64,000 nt of DNA, from assembly GCA_963843875.1 (NCBI GenBank), contig CAWJMC010000007.1, forward strand, positions 208,129 through 272,128, read 5' to 3'. The notes beneath the pieces were generated by a model that did not search any database, had not been told where the DNA came from, and saw nothing but the letters and a program-made list of their open reading frames with translations. The translations under genes and the position numbers were made by a program. The first letter of the stretch is position 1. Each line of letters opens with the position of its first letter. Below, piece after piece: positions 49,534 to 61,347 of this stretch. Source of the stretch: an uncultured Actinomycetota bacterium (GTDB lineage Bacteria > Actinomycetota > Actinomycetes > Propionibacteriales > Nocardioidaceae).

Positions 49534-50745
49534 ATGTCCGGGAACCGCATCGTCGTCTACAAGGGCCCCAGCGAGGTCGCCGTCGAGAGCGTCGACTACC
49601 CCAAGCTGGAGATCCCCGCCGAGGTCGCCTCCGCGATGGGGATCAAGCAGAAGGCTCCGCACGCGGTGATCCTCAAGCTGGTCACCACCAACATCTGCGG
49701 CAGCGACCAGCACATGGTGCGCGGGCGTACGACGGCCCCGGTCGGCCAGACGCTCGGGCACGAGATCACGGGCGAGGTGGTCGAGGTCGGCGACGACGTG
49801 CTGTTCGTCAAGGAGGGCGACATCTGCTCGGTGCCCTTCAACATCGCCTGCGGCCGCTGCCGGATGTGCAACGAGGGCAAGACCGGGATCTGCCTCAACG
49901 TCAACCCGGCCCGCGCCGGCGCGGCGTACGGCTACGTCGACATGGGCGGCTGGCTGGGCGGGCAGGCGGAGTACGTGATGATCCCGTTCGCCGACTTCAA
50001 CCTGCTCAAGTTCCCCGACCGGGACCAGGCGCTCGAGAAGATCCTGGACCTGACGATGCTCTCCGACATCTTCCCGACCGGCTACCACGGTGCGTACACG
50101 GCGGGCGTCACCACCGGCTCCACGGTGTACGTCGCCGGGGCCGGCCCCGTGGGGTTGGCGGCGGCCCACGCGGCCCAGCTGCTGGGGGCGTCGGTGGTGA
50201 TCGTCGGTGACATGAACGCCGACCGGCTCGCCCAGGCCCGCAGCTTCGGCTGCGAGACCGTCGACCTCAGCGCCGGCGACGACCTCGCCGACCTGATCGA
50301 GGGCGTGGTCGGCGAGCCGGAGGTCGACGCTGCGGTGGACGCGGTCGGCTTCGAGGCCAAGGGGCACGGCCAGGACGCCGCCGAGGCGCCGGCAACCGTG
50401 CTGAACGACATCATGACGATCTCGCGTGCGGGTGCGTCACTGGGCATCCCCGGGCTCTACGTCACCGGTGACCCCGGCGGCGTCGACGAGAACGCCCAGC
50501 AGGGCCAGATCGGCGTACGCCTCGGCCTCGGGTGGGCCAAGTCGCACGCCTTCGTGACCGGTCAGTGCCCGGTCAAGCAGTACAACCGGCAGCTGATGAA
50601 CATGATCCTGTCCGACAAGGCGCAGATCGCCAAGGCCGTCAACGCCACCACGATCTCGCTGGACGACGCACCCCGCGGCTACCAGGAGTTCGACGCCGGG
50701 TCGGCGCAGAAGTACGTCATCGACCCGCACGGCATGGTCGCCTGA
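49534..50745 (+). CDS. fdhA: Glutathione-independent formaldehyde dehydrogenase
   Basis: TNICGSDQHMVRGRT, GHEITGE, ACGRCRMCNEG..C, YGYVDMGGW, LSDIFPTGYH, GQCPV. Confidence 0.93.
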   Translation: MSGNRIVVYKGPSEVAVESVDYPKLEIPAEVASAMGIKQKAPHAVILKLVTTNICGSDQHMVRGRTTAPVGQTLGHEITGEVVEVGDDVLFVKEGDICSVPFNIACGRCRMCNEGKTGICLNVNPARAGAAYGYVDMGGWLGGQAEYVMIPFADFNLLKFPDRDQALEKILDLTMLSDIFPTGYHGAYTAGVTTGSTVYVAGAGPVGLAAAHAAQLLGASVVIVGDMNADRLAQARSFGCETVDLSAGDDLADLIEGVVGEPEVDAAVDAVGFEAKGHGQDAAEAPATVLNDIMTISRAGASLGIPGLYVTGDPGGVDENAQQGQIGVRLGLGWAKSHAFVTGQCPVKQYNRQLMNMILSDKAQIAKAVNATTISLDDAPRGYQEFDAGSAQKYVIDPHGMVA

Positions 50746-50784
50746 GCCCGGCGGCTCGCTCGGGCTCGGCGACCACCCGTCGCG

Positions 50785-51903
50785 CTAGTACGGCGTGGTG
50801 GCGGCGAGCCCGAGGGCCCGGTCGGTCTTGAACGGGCTGTTCTGGCGGTAGAGCCACGGCCGGCCGAACCACAGGTAGCCGTCGATGTTGCCCGACTCGC
50901 TCGAGGCCGGGATGTACGGCGTGGGCGGGTGGCCGAGGGTGTCGCACGTCGTGTCCGACTTCGAGGTGCAGACCTCGGCGTTGTCGAAGTCGCCCTTGGG
51001 GTGCTCGGAGTAGTAGTGCGAGTAGGTGAAGCCCTTGCCGTTGTCGGCGGTGTCGAGGACCGCGTGCTTGCCCTTGATCCCCGCCTTGGCCAACCCCGCC
51101 ACGACCTGGGCGGCGTAGTGGGTGTTGTGCGAGACGGTGTCGTAGTGGGTGGCACCGAGCGCGAAGCCCCGGGCGTAGCTGACCCCGGACGACTTGAGCA
51201 TCGAGACGGACTTGTCGACGCTGAGCCAGTCGGCGTCGCTGCCGTCGATGTAGACCGAGGTGTTCTTGTTCGCCGCCAGGGTCTGGGCGGCGTACTTGGT
51301 CAGCGCCTCCCGGGTCTCCGGCTTGTAGCCGCCGAGGGAGACCGCGAGGTCGGGCTCGAGCACGATCGCGGTGCGGGTGCTGCCGACCGCGGTGGCGACG
51401 CCACGGATGAACTGGCGGTAGGAGTTGCGGTCGTCGAGGCTCAGCGGGATGTTCTTGCCGGCCTCCCCGTTGTGCGGCCAGAGCCGGAAGACCGCCAGCG
51501 AGACCAGGGCGTTCTTGTTGCCGCCCTGCGAGGTGGAGATGTAGCTGCGGATCTTGCCGACGATCTGCCCGTTGGGGATCCAGCTGCCGAACCACCGGAC
51601 CTTCGGGCGGAGCGCGATCTTGCCGAGGAGGTCCTTGTCGTGGCCGCTGGCCTTGAGGTAGGCACCGTAGGAGTCGTCGTACTTGGAGGTGTAGTGCCCC
51701 CAGGGCCGGGGCAGCTGTCCGGTGCTGGTCGTGCTGGACGAGGCCGTCCGTGCGGCGGGCGCGACAGCGGCGTCCGCGCCCGACGAGCCGCCCACTGCCA
51801 AGGCGGTGACGACGGTGGCGCCGACGACCGCGGGCACGAGGCGGGCCAGGCGGTGCGCGGGACGATGGGCCGGGCGAGGGGCAGGGCGGGGTCCGAGATT
51901 CAC
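50785..51903 (-). CDS. Secreted glycoside hydrolase family 6-like protein (divergent)
   Basis: KIALRPKVRWFG, IVLEPDL, VYIDGS, ARGFALG, VLDTADNG, DGYLW; GTG 6 nt after TAGGTT. Confidence 0.75.
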   Translation of the reverse strand: MNLGPRPAPRPAHRPAHRLARLVPAVVGATVVTALAVGGSSGADAAVAPAARTASSSTTSTGQLPRPWGHYTSKYDDSYGAYLKASGHDKDLLGKIALRPKVRWFGSWIPNGQIVGKIRSYISTSQGGNKNALVSLAVFRLWPHNGEAGKNIPLSLDDRNSYRQFIRGVATAVGSTRTAIVLEPDLAVSLGGYKPETREALTKYAAQTLAANKNTSVYIDGSDADWLSVDKSVSMLKSSGVSYARGFALGATHYDTVSHNTHYAAQVVAGLAKAGIKGKHAVLDTADNGKGFTYSHYYSEHPKGDFDNAEVCTSKSDTTCDTLGHPPTPYIPASSESGNIDGYLWFGRPWLYRQNSPFKTDRALGLAATTPY

Positions 51904-51956
51904 CGCTACAACCTACGAAACTTACGTCACTTTGGCTACACGAACGGACATTTCGG

Positions 51957-52517
51957 TCACTTCGGCGTGTCGCGCGGCTGCACGGCCAGGCGTTCGCGCA
52001 GTCCTGCCGCTAGCCCGAGGATGGTGAGCAGGTCGAACCAGCCGCCCACGGACTCCGCGAGCCACGGTCGGCGGACCGGGCCGATCCGCACCCGCGAGTG
52101 CACGCGGCAGTGACCGGGAGCGGGCTCGCTGAGTGCGAGCGCCCAGGTGACGGTGGCCCGCCCGCGCTGCGAGCGGTGCAGCAACAGGCTCGGGGCGTCC
52201 GCCGCCACCAGGGTCAAGGTGGCGTCCCGGCCACCCCAGTCGGCCACGGTGTCGCCGACCGAGTGCTCCTGGAGCGTCGCCACGATCCGGCGTACGCCGC
52301 GGCGCGCGGGCGGCACGAACCGCTCCACGGAGGCCGGGAAGTACCAGCCGCCGCGCCCCTTGCCGACCTGCACCAGCCAGGGCCAGACCTGCTCAGGGGC
52401 AGCAGCCAGGGTGAAGCCCCGGTCCATCGTCACGTCGGCGAGGACCAGCTCGTCGCCGGGCAGGGTCGCGGCGACCTCGGCCGGGCTGGCGGAGACCCCA
52501 GGAAACCGGCCCGTCAC
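51957..52517 (-). CDS. SRPBCC-family protein
   Basis: LPGDELV, AAPEQVWPWLVQVGKGRGGWY. Confidence 0.78.
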   Translation of the reverse strand: MTGRFPGVSASPAEVAATLPGDELVLADVTMDRGFTLAAAPEQVWPWLVQVGKGRGGWYFPASVERFVPPARRGVRRIVATLQEHSVGDTVADWGGRDATLTLVAADAPSLLLHRSQRGRATVTWALALSEPAPGHCRVHSRVRIGPVRRPWLAESVGGWFDLLTILGLAAGLRERLAVQPRDTPK

Positions 52518-52529
52518 AGGCGGGCCCCT

Positions 52530-52850
52530 TCATCCGTGCCGTCGTCCATGCGCTCGTCCAGCTGCGGGCTCGTCCGGGCCCTCGTCCGGGCCGGCACCGG
52601 GGCCCGGGTCCTCGTCCTCGCTGTCCGACGCCGGCTGCTCGCGCTCCTTGAGCTGCACGATCGAGTGCTCGGCGCGGTGAGCCGCCGGGTGGAAGATCTC
52701 CTGCAGCACCCCCAGGGTCCCGCCGCCTCCTCCGCCTCCGCCGCCGGCTCCACCGGCATGGTCCATCGTGCGCTGGGCCAGCCACGGCAGCAGGAGCAGG
52801 GCCGTGACCACCACCGTGACCCCGATCAGCCACGCCACCCAGGTGTCCAC
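52530..52850 (-). CDS. Small single-TM hypothetical protein
   Basis: TM helix, poly-Gly, LQEIFHPAAH, acidic tail; GTG 6 nt after CACACT. Confidence 0.6.
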   Translation of the reverse strand: MDTWVAWLIGVTVVVTALLLLPWLAQRTMDHAGGAGGGGGGGGGTLGVLQEIFHPAAHRAEHSIVQLKEREQPASDSEDEDPGPGAGPDEGPDEPAAGRAHGRRHG

Positions 52851-52879
52851 CACCCCAGTGTGCGGCCACACTGGTGGAC

Positions 52880-53683
52880 ATGAGCGACGAGCGCCCGATC
52901 GAGACGTGGCTGACCGACATGGACGGCGTGCTGGTCCACGAGGAGGAGGCGATCCCCGGTGCCTCGGACTTCATCGAGACGCTGAAGTCGTCGGGCCGCC
53001 CGTTCCTGGTGCTGACCAACAACTCGATCTACACCCCGCGCGACCTGCGCGCGCGGCTGCTTCGCACCGGCATCGACGTGCCGGAGGGGGCGATCTGGAC
53101 CTCGGCCCTGGCGACGGCGCAGTTCCTGCTCGACCAGCGCCCCGGTGGATCGGCGTACGTCGTGGGCGAGGCCGGGCTGACCACGGCGCTGCACGACGTC
53201 GGCTACGTGATGACCGACCGCGACCCGGACTACGTGGTGCTCGGGGAGACCAGGACCTACTCCTTCGAGTCGATCACCCGCGCGATCCGGCTGATCGACG
53301 CCGGCGCGCGCTTCATCTGCACCAATCCTGACGTGACGGGTCCGAGCCCGCAGGGCCAGCTCCCGGCGACGGGGTCGGTCGCGGCGCTGATCCGGGCTGC
53401 GACCGGGCGGGCGCCGTACTTCATCGGCAAGCCCAACCCGCTGATGATGCGCAGTGCCCTCAACCGGCTCGAGGCGCACTCCGAGTCGACGGTGATGATC
53501 GGCGACCGGATGGACACCGACGTGATCAGCGGGCTGGAGGCCGGGCTGCGCACGATCCTGGTCAGCACGGGCTCGACCCGACCCGGCGACGTCGAGACCT
53601 TCCCCTACCGCCCCACCGAGGTGGTCGACTCCGTGGCCGACCTGGTCCACCTCGTCGACGAGCGGGCCCCCGAGGACCAGTGA
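52880..53683 (+). CDS. HAD-IIA family hydrolase (NagD-like)
   Basis: TDMDGVL, LTNNS, TNPD, IGKPNP, IGDRMDTD. Confidence 0.93.
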   Translation: MSDERPIETWLTDMDGVLVHEEEAIPGASDFIETLKSSGRPFLVLTNNSIYTPRDLRARLLRTGIDVPEGAIWTSALATAQFLLDQRPGGSAYVVGEAGLTTALHDVGYVMTDRDPDYVVLGETRTYSFESITRAIRLIDAGARFICTNPDVTGPSPQGQLPATGSVAALIRAATGRAPYFIGKPNPLMMRSALNRLEAHSESTVMIGDRMDTDVISGLEAGLRTILVSTGSTRPGDVETFPYRPTEVVDSVADLVHLVDERAPEDQ

Positions 53684-53742
53684 CCCGCCGCGACCGCCCC
53701 CCGGGGGGTGGCGCCCGGCCCGGTGATGGGGTTCGCTGGGGT

Positions 53743-54786
53743 ATGGACCTGAGTCGCCGCACCCTCCTCGCCGCCACGGCCGGCGCCGCCGTTGCCGGCC
53801 CCGTCCTCGCGGCGGGTCCGGCGGCAGCCGTCCCCACCATCGGGCGGACCATCGCCTCGAAGCTGGACATCCCGTGGGGGCTGGACTTCCTGCCCGACGG
53901 CAGCGCGCTGTTCACCGAGCGGGACCGGGCCCGGGTCTCGCGGGTGACCCCGGACGGCACCGTGACCGTGATCGGCACGATCCCCGGAGTGGTGCCCCGG
54001 GGCGAGGCGGGGCTGCTCGGCCTCGCCGTCTCCCCGTCGTACGCCCAGGACCACCGGATCTACCTCTACCAGAGCACCCGCGACGACAACCGGGTCGGCT
54101 GGGTGAGCTTCGACGGCACGACACTGGGCCGCTTCCAGCCGATCGTCACGGGCATCCCGGTCGCCGACCACCACAACGGCGGCAGCCTGCTGTTCACCGG
54201 CTCGGGGGACGGACTGCTGGTCGGCACGGGCGACGCGGAGAACCGGTCGGCCGCGCAGAGCCTGACCTCGCTGTCGGGCAAGGTCCTGCGGGTCGACCGG
54301 GACGGCCGGGCCCGCCCGACCAACCCGTTCGTGGACCGCGACGGCAACGACCGGATCTACTCCTACGGCCACCGCAACCCCGAGGGCCTGGCCACCAACA
54401 CCCAGCGCGAGGTGTGGTCGGCCGAGTTCGGCGAGAACACCTGGGACGAGCTCAACGAGATCGAGCGCGGGCGCAACTACGGCTGGCCGTACGCCGAGGG
54501 CAGCGACGGCCCCGGCGGCTACACCGACCCGCTCACCCAGTGGCACCCGCGGGACTGCGCCCCCAGCGGGATCGCGATCCTGGCCAAGCGGGCCTGGATC
54601 GGCGCGCTGCGTGGGGAGTGCCTGTGGCGGGTGCACCTCCACGGACCGCAGCGAGGGGCGCGCGCCCGCTTCTTCCACGGTGCGTTCGGTCGGATCCGCA
54701 ACGTCAAGGTGGCCCCCGACCGGACGCTGTGGATCACCACCAGCAACGGCAACGGTGCCGACAAGATCGTCCAGATCCGTCCGTAG
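53743..54786 (+). CDS. Tat-exported PQQ-dependent sugar dehydrogenase (GSDH family)
   Basis: SRRTLL Tat motif; PWGLDFLPDG, GEAGLLGLA, HNGG, YGHRNPEGL, NYGWP. Confidence 0.9.
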   Translation: MDLSRRTLLAATAGAAVAGPVLAAGPAAAVPTIGRTIASKLDIPWGLDFLPDGSALFTERDRARVSRVTPDGTVTVIGTIPGVVPRGEAGLLGLAVSPSYAQDHRIYLYQSTRDDNRVGWVSFDGTTLGRFQPIVTGIPVADHHNGGSLLFTGSGDGLLVGTGDAENRSAAQSLTSLSGKVLRVDRDGRARPTNPFVDRDGNDRIYSYGHRNPEGLATNTQREVWSAEFGENTWDELNEIERGRNYGWPYAEGSDGPGGYTDPLTQWHPRDCAPSGIAILAKRAWIGALRGECLWRVHLHGPQRGARARFFHGAFGRIRNVKVAPDRTLWITTSNGNGADKIVQIRP

Positions 54787-54872
54787 TGCGGGGTCCGGTC
54801 GGTTTGCCCGGTGCTGGGAGGGGGAAGGACTGGAGCACTGCCATCTCGGGACCACCCCCAGGAGACCTCGCC

Positions 54873-55238
54873 ATGCACCGATCGGCCACCACCCTCGCCC
54901 TCGGCACTGCCAGCGTCCTGATCGCAACCCTGGGCCTCGCTGCGCCGGCGCACGCCAAGTCCGCGACGTTCACGCTGCACGACGGCACGTTGATCATCTG
55001 GAAGGACGCCAGCGACACGTTGTGCCTCAAGGCGGCCGGGTCGCGCACCAACATCCAGCTCAACCCCGTCAAGGGCGGCAAGCGGCTGCCGACGCACGGG
55101 GTCACCGACGCTCCCGGCGGTGGAGCCCACTGCAGCGGCAACCTGTCGATCCCCGAGGACCAGCCGTACCGGGTGCTCGTGGTCGATGTCGACGGACCCA
55201 CGCCCACGGCCTTCAACGGCCCCCTGATCTACAGCTGA
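54873..55238 (+). CDS. Small secreted hypothetical protein
   Basis: AGGAGA RBS; signal peptide ending APAHA; two Cys in mature part. Confidence 0.7.
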   Translation: MHRSATTLALGTASVLIATLGLAAPAHAKSATFTLHDGTLIIWKDASDTLCLKAAGSRTNIQLNPVKGGKRLPTHGVTDAPGGGAHCSGNLSIPEDQPYRVLVVDVDGPTPTAFNGPLIYS

Positions 55239-55296
55239 GCGCTCACGCTCGGCGCGCCGGGCCGGGCGTTGCGGCCATGGCCTAGCGTTGACTCTC

Positions 55297-56418
<1,122 letters not shown>

Positions 56419-56445
56419 TCAGGCTGAGCCCCGTCCCAGCAGCGA

Positions 56446-57073
56446 TCAGTGCGTGGTGTTGATCGCGTTCGCCACCTGCACGCACCAGGCGTCAGTACGC
56501 CGCGACACCGTCGCGGCGGGGACGTCCGGGTCGCCGGTGACCTCGCAGGACAGCCAGGTGTCGCCGAACAGGCCGGCCACGCGGACCCGCGTCGCGCCGC
56601 CCTCGCAGCGAACAGGTCTGACGCTGGCTCGGTGAACCGAAGCCCGGGCCGGCCGCGGACGTGCAGCCCGACCGCTTGGCGGTCTTGGCGATCACGGCGT
56701 CGGCCTGGGCGGTGCTGACGGAGCGGGCGAAGACCCAGGCCCGGGCGGTGCTCTCGTCGTGGACCCAGCGACAGCCGGCCTCGTGGACCACGTCGTCCAC
56801 GTCGTTCTCGACCTCGGCGGTGTCGCCGTTCTTCCACGCCTCGCCCCGCGCCGCCCGCCCGCCGACGGCCTGGTCGACGGCGCGCTGGGGCAGCCTGGTG
56901 CAGAACGAGGTCCGGCCCAGGCGCATCGCGTCGGTGTTCAGCGCGGAGATCGGGGTGGGCCTCGCGGTGGCAGCTGCCGAGGGGTCCGAGGAGGAGGAGG
57001 ACGAGCAGCCGGTCAGTCCCAGCAGCCCGGCGGCGAGCGCGGCCAGCGAGAGGCGGAGCGGTGGCCGGAGCAT
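56446..57073 (-). CDS. Cys-rich hypothetical lipoprotein (frameshift near 3' end)
   Basis: Lipobox LTGC, poly-Ser, several Cys; ATG 7 nt after TATCTT. Confidence 0.65.
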
Positions 57074-57225
57074 GCCGACCAAGATAGGTCAGGGTCCCGG
57101 AGGGCCGCAGCGGAGGGACCGGCCACCGGAGCAGCTGTGGGACCAGCCATGGTGAAAGGGATGAGAAGAGTCCACGGTCCGGGGTACCTTCGCGATGTCC
57201 TCGTCTCGCCCCGAAGGAGATCTCG

Positions 57226-60200
57226 GTGAACTCCAGCCGCTCGTCCCGCTCGCTCGCGGTCCTGGTCTCCATGGTCCTGCTCGGCGTCGGGCTGCCGGTG
57301 CTCGGAGTGGCGGCCGGTGCGCAAGCCGCTCCGGTCGCGGACCCCTCGCCGCTGTGGACCCCGGCTGCGCGCCCCCAGGCGCGCGCGAGCAGCAGCAGGG
57401 CGACGGTCGACCCGAGTGCCGCCGAGGCCTACACGCTGCGCTCCTCCGCGATGGACTCCCGCCTCTCGGGCAGCAGCACGGTGACGGTCCCCTCGCCCGA
57501 GGGAAAGCTGGTCGAGTTCAGCGTCCATGAGGACTCCGTGATGCAGGCCGGGCTCCAGGCCGCCCACCCCGGGCTGAGGAGCTACACCGGCTCCGCCGTG
57601 GGCCACCCCGGGACGAGCATCCGGATGGACGTCGGCGCGCTCGGGTTCCACGCCTCGGTGCGCGACGGCGGCGGGCTCGGAGCCTGGTACGTCGATCCCG
57701 CCTTCGTCGGTGAGCAGAGCCTCTACCTGTCCTACCTCGGCACCTCGCTGCCGCCTCGGGAGCAGCCCACCGAGGCGAACCTCGACCTGTCCGCGCTGCC
57801 GTCCGGCAAGGCCGCCCAGGCGACCACACGGGCCCGGTCCGCCGAGACTGCGGCTCGTCCCGGCACTGCGGCACGCCGCGCTGCCGACCCGGACGCCGGC
57901 ACCTCGGTCATCCAGCGGACCTACCGGCTGGCGCTGCTCAACGACCCGACGTACGCCGCCTACTTCGACAAGAGCTGCACGGCCAGCAGCGACGCCTGCG
58001 TGCTCAGCGCCAAGCAGACCCTGGTCAGCCGGCTCGACCAGATCTACGGCACCGACCTGGCGATCAAGATGGTGCTGATCAACGCCACCGACAAGCTCAA
58101 CCTCGACACGACGGCCAAGGCCACCGGCCACGACAGCGCCTGCGGTCCGGCGGTCTGCTACACGCCGAGCCAGCTCAGCCAGTGCTCGAGCGACACGCTG
58201 TACCGGACCCGGACGACGCTCGGCGCGCTCGTCGGCGCCGGCTCCTACGACATCGGTCACCTGGCCCTCGGCACCTCCGGGGGCGGACTGTCGTTCGTGG
58301 GCGCCGTCGGCACCTTCATCAAGGGCGGTGGCTGCACCGGCATCGACCCACCGACCGGGGACCGCTACGCCGTCGACTTCGTCGCCCACGAGATGGGCCA
58401 CCAGTTCGGGGCCAACCACACCTTCGAGAGCGACTCCGAGGGCTCCTGCTCGGGCACCCGCAACCAGGACACGTCGGTCGAGCCCGGCTCGGGCTCCTCG
58501 ATCATGGCCTACGCCGGGATCTGCGACCGCTCCGACCTCCAGCCCCACTCCGACCCGCAGTTCTCCCAGATCAGCCAGAGTCAGATCCACGACTACGTGA
58601 GCCGGCAGTACTCCACCGATCCGGCCGACGGGGACAACGAGGACGAGGCCCAGACGGTCTCGCTGAGCGACTTCGGCTCGGGCGACTCGTTCCGGCTCAC
58701 CTACGCCTCGAGGACCACCGCGCCGATCACCTACGCGGCGTACTCGACCTCGCCGACCCGGGCCGTGGAGGACGCGCTCGACGCGATCCTGCCCGACGAC
58801 GGACGGGTCGACGTCTACCCCTACGGCTCGGCGACTTCCTACACCAACGGCTTCGAGGTCGACTTCACCAGCGCCAACCTGCGCGGGCGCGACCTGCCGC
58901 AGATGTCGGTCTCCGTGACCGGCGGCACGGGTTCGGTCGCCGAGACCGACCAGGGCGGTCCGGTCGACAACCAGGGCGCCGCCGTCACCACGGCCAACCA
59001 CAACCCGACCGTGAGCGCCCCGGCGGCCAAGACCATCCCCACCCGGACGCCGTTCACCCTCGAGGGCTCCGGCGCGGACCCGGACAACGATCCGCTGAGC
59101 TACCTGTGGGAGCAGAACGACATCGGCGGGATCGACGGCACCCCGCTGCTCAGCCAGGCCAAGAAGCGCGGGCCGCTGTTCCGGATCTTCGGTGACATCG
59201 CGCACGTCGAGCGAGTCGGCCAGCACGCAGTACGACTCGGCGGGGGAGCACCTTCCGGGCACCAGCCCTTCGCGCACGTTCCCCGACCTGACCCAGGTGC
59301 TCGCGGGCAACACCAACGCCGCCACCGGCAGCTGCCCGGCGCCGCCCGCCTCCGGCACCGTGTCCGACGCGATCATCGACTGCTTCTCCGAGTGGCTGCC
59401 CACCGCGGCCTACGTCGGCTACGGCGCCAACGCCTCCCCGCCCAGCCTGCACTTCCGGCTGACGGCCCGCGACGACCGCGACGGTGTCGGCGGCGGCACG
59501 GCGTACGCCGACACCACGCTCACCGTCGACTCCTCGACGGGCCCGTTCCTGGTCACCTCGCAGCCGGCCGGCAGCTCGGCCCCCGCCGGCGCCGGCGGCA
59601 CCGTGACCTGGCAGGTCAACGGCACCCAGGCGCTGGCCTCGACGGTCCGGATCGGGCTGTCCACCGATGGTGGTGCGACCTGGCAGCAGCTGGTGAGCAG
59701 CACCGCCAACGACGGCAGCGCCGCGGTGACCTGGCCCGCCGGCGTGAGCACCAGCAACGCCCGGATCCGGGTCTCCGCCAACGACAACTACTTCTTCGCC
59801 GTCAACGGCGGCGACTTCGCCATCGGCGACCTCCCTGACGCCCCCGACACCGCGCTGTCCGGCGGGCCGGGGCAGGGTTCGGTGGCGACGAGCAAGTCGG
59901 CCGGCTTCACGCCGTCGTCCTCCGACCCGGACGCGACCTTCCAGTGCAAGCTCGACGACGCCGCCTACACCGCCTGCCCCAGCCCGCTGAGGTACGAGCA
60001 GCTCTCCTCGATCACGCACCACCTCTCGGTGCGAGCGGTCAGCGGCGGCATCGTCGATCCGAGCCCGGTCACCCGCACCTGGACGGTGCCGGTCGGCAGT
60101 CGTGGACTGTCGATCACGAAGGGCCCGTGGTACCGCAAGGACGACCCGCGGACCTTCGGCGGCAGCTACGTGCAGTCGCCGCGGGCCGGCGCGACCCTGA

Positions 60201-60445
60201 CCCGCAAGGTCACCGACGCCACGGGGATCTACCTGATCGCGACCAAGTACAAGCCGCACGGCTCGGTCGCGGTGTACGCCGACGGCAGGCTGCTGCGGGT
60301 GATCTACCTCGACTCCGAGGTGTTCAGGCCCCGCGTGCGGATCCGGGCCGCGGTCTTCGACCAGCCCACCTCGGCCACGATCACCATCGTCAACCGCAGC
60401 AACGACTACGTCCGGATCGAGGGCCTCGGCGTGCCGACGAGCTGA
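57226..60445 (+). CDS. Secreted M12 (reprolysin-like) zinc metallopeptidase with Ig-like C-terminal domains (frameshift near 59200)
   Basis: Signal peptide; VAHEMGHQFGANH; Met-turn SIMAYAG; YLWEQND; FQCKLDD repeat-type domain. Confidence 0.88.
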
Positions 60446-60610
60446 TCCGGGCTGGTTCGGGCTGGATCTGGGTCGGCGGCGGCGCACCGAGCGCGACGCG
60501 GTGCGTCGGCCGACCTTTGCCGACGACCTAGACTCGACCACTGGCCGGACCGCACCCATCCCGGGTGCGCCCGCGCAAGCCTGCTCCCGACCTCCGGCCA
60601 CCCCCTCAAC

Positions 60611-61301
60611 GTGATCCGTTTCGAGAACGTCTCCTCGGTCTACGCCAGCCAGCAGCGACCGGCGCTGGAGGCCGTCAACGTCGACGTCGACAAGGGCGAC
60701 TTCGTGTTCCTGGTCGGCGCCTCCGGCTCCGGGCAAGTCCACCTTCCTCAAGCTGGTGCTGCGCGAGACCCGGCCCACGTCCGGTCGGGTCTACGTCGCG
60801 GGCAAGGAGATCAACCGGCTGGCCGGCTGGAAGGTCCCCGGGCTGCGCCGCCAGATCGGCACCGTCTTCCAGGACTTCCGGCTGCTGCCCAACAAGACGG
60901 TGGCCGAGAACGTCGCCTTCGCGCTGCAGGTGATCGGCAAGAACCGCGCGTACATCCGCGACATCGTCCCCGAGACCCTCGAGCTGGTCGGTCTCGGTGG
61001 CAAGGAGGACCGGATGCCCGACGAGCTCTCCGGCGGTGAGCAGCAGCGGGTCGCCGTGGCCCGGGCGTTCGTCAACCGGCCGATGATCCTGATCGCCGAC
61101 GAGCCCACCGGCAACCTCGACCCGCAGACCTCCGTCGGCATCATGAAGCTGCTCGACCGGATCAACCGCACGGGCACCACCGTCCTGATGGCCACCCACG
61201 ACGCCGGCATCGTCGACCAGATGCGCAAGCGGGTGATCGAGCTGGACGACGGCCGCGTCATCCGCGACCAGGCTCGCGGCGTCTACGGCGTCCAGCACTG
61301 A
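60611..61301 (+). CDS. ftsE: Cell division ATP-binding protein FtsE (frameshift near 60730)
   Basis: [33 protein letters not shown]. Confidence 0.95.
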
Positions 61302-61347
61302 ACACCCCAGGCAGCACTCCCCGCAACGCTCAGGAGAACTTCCCCCC

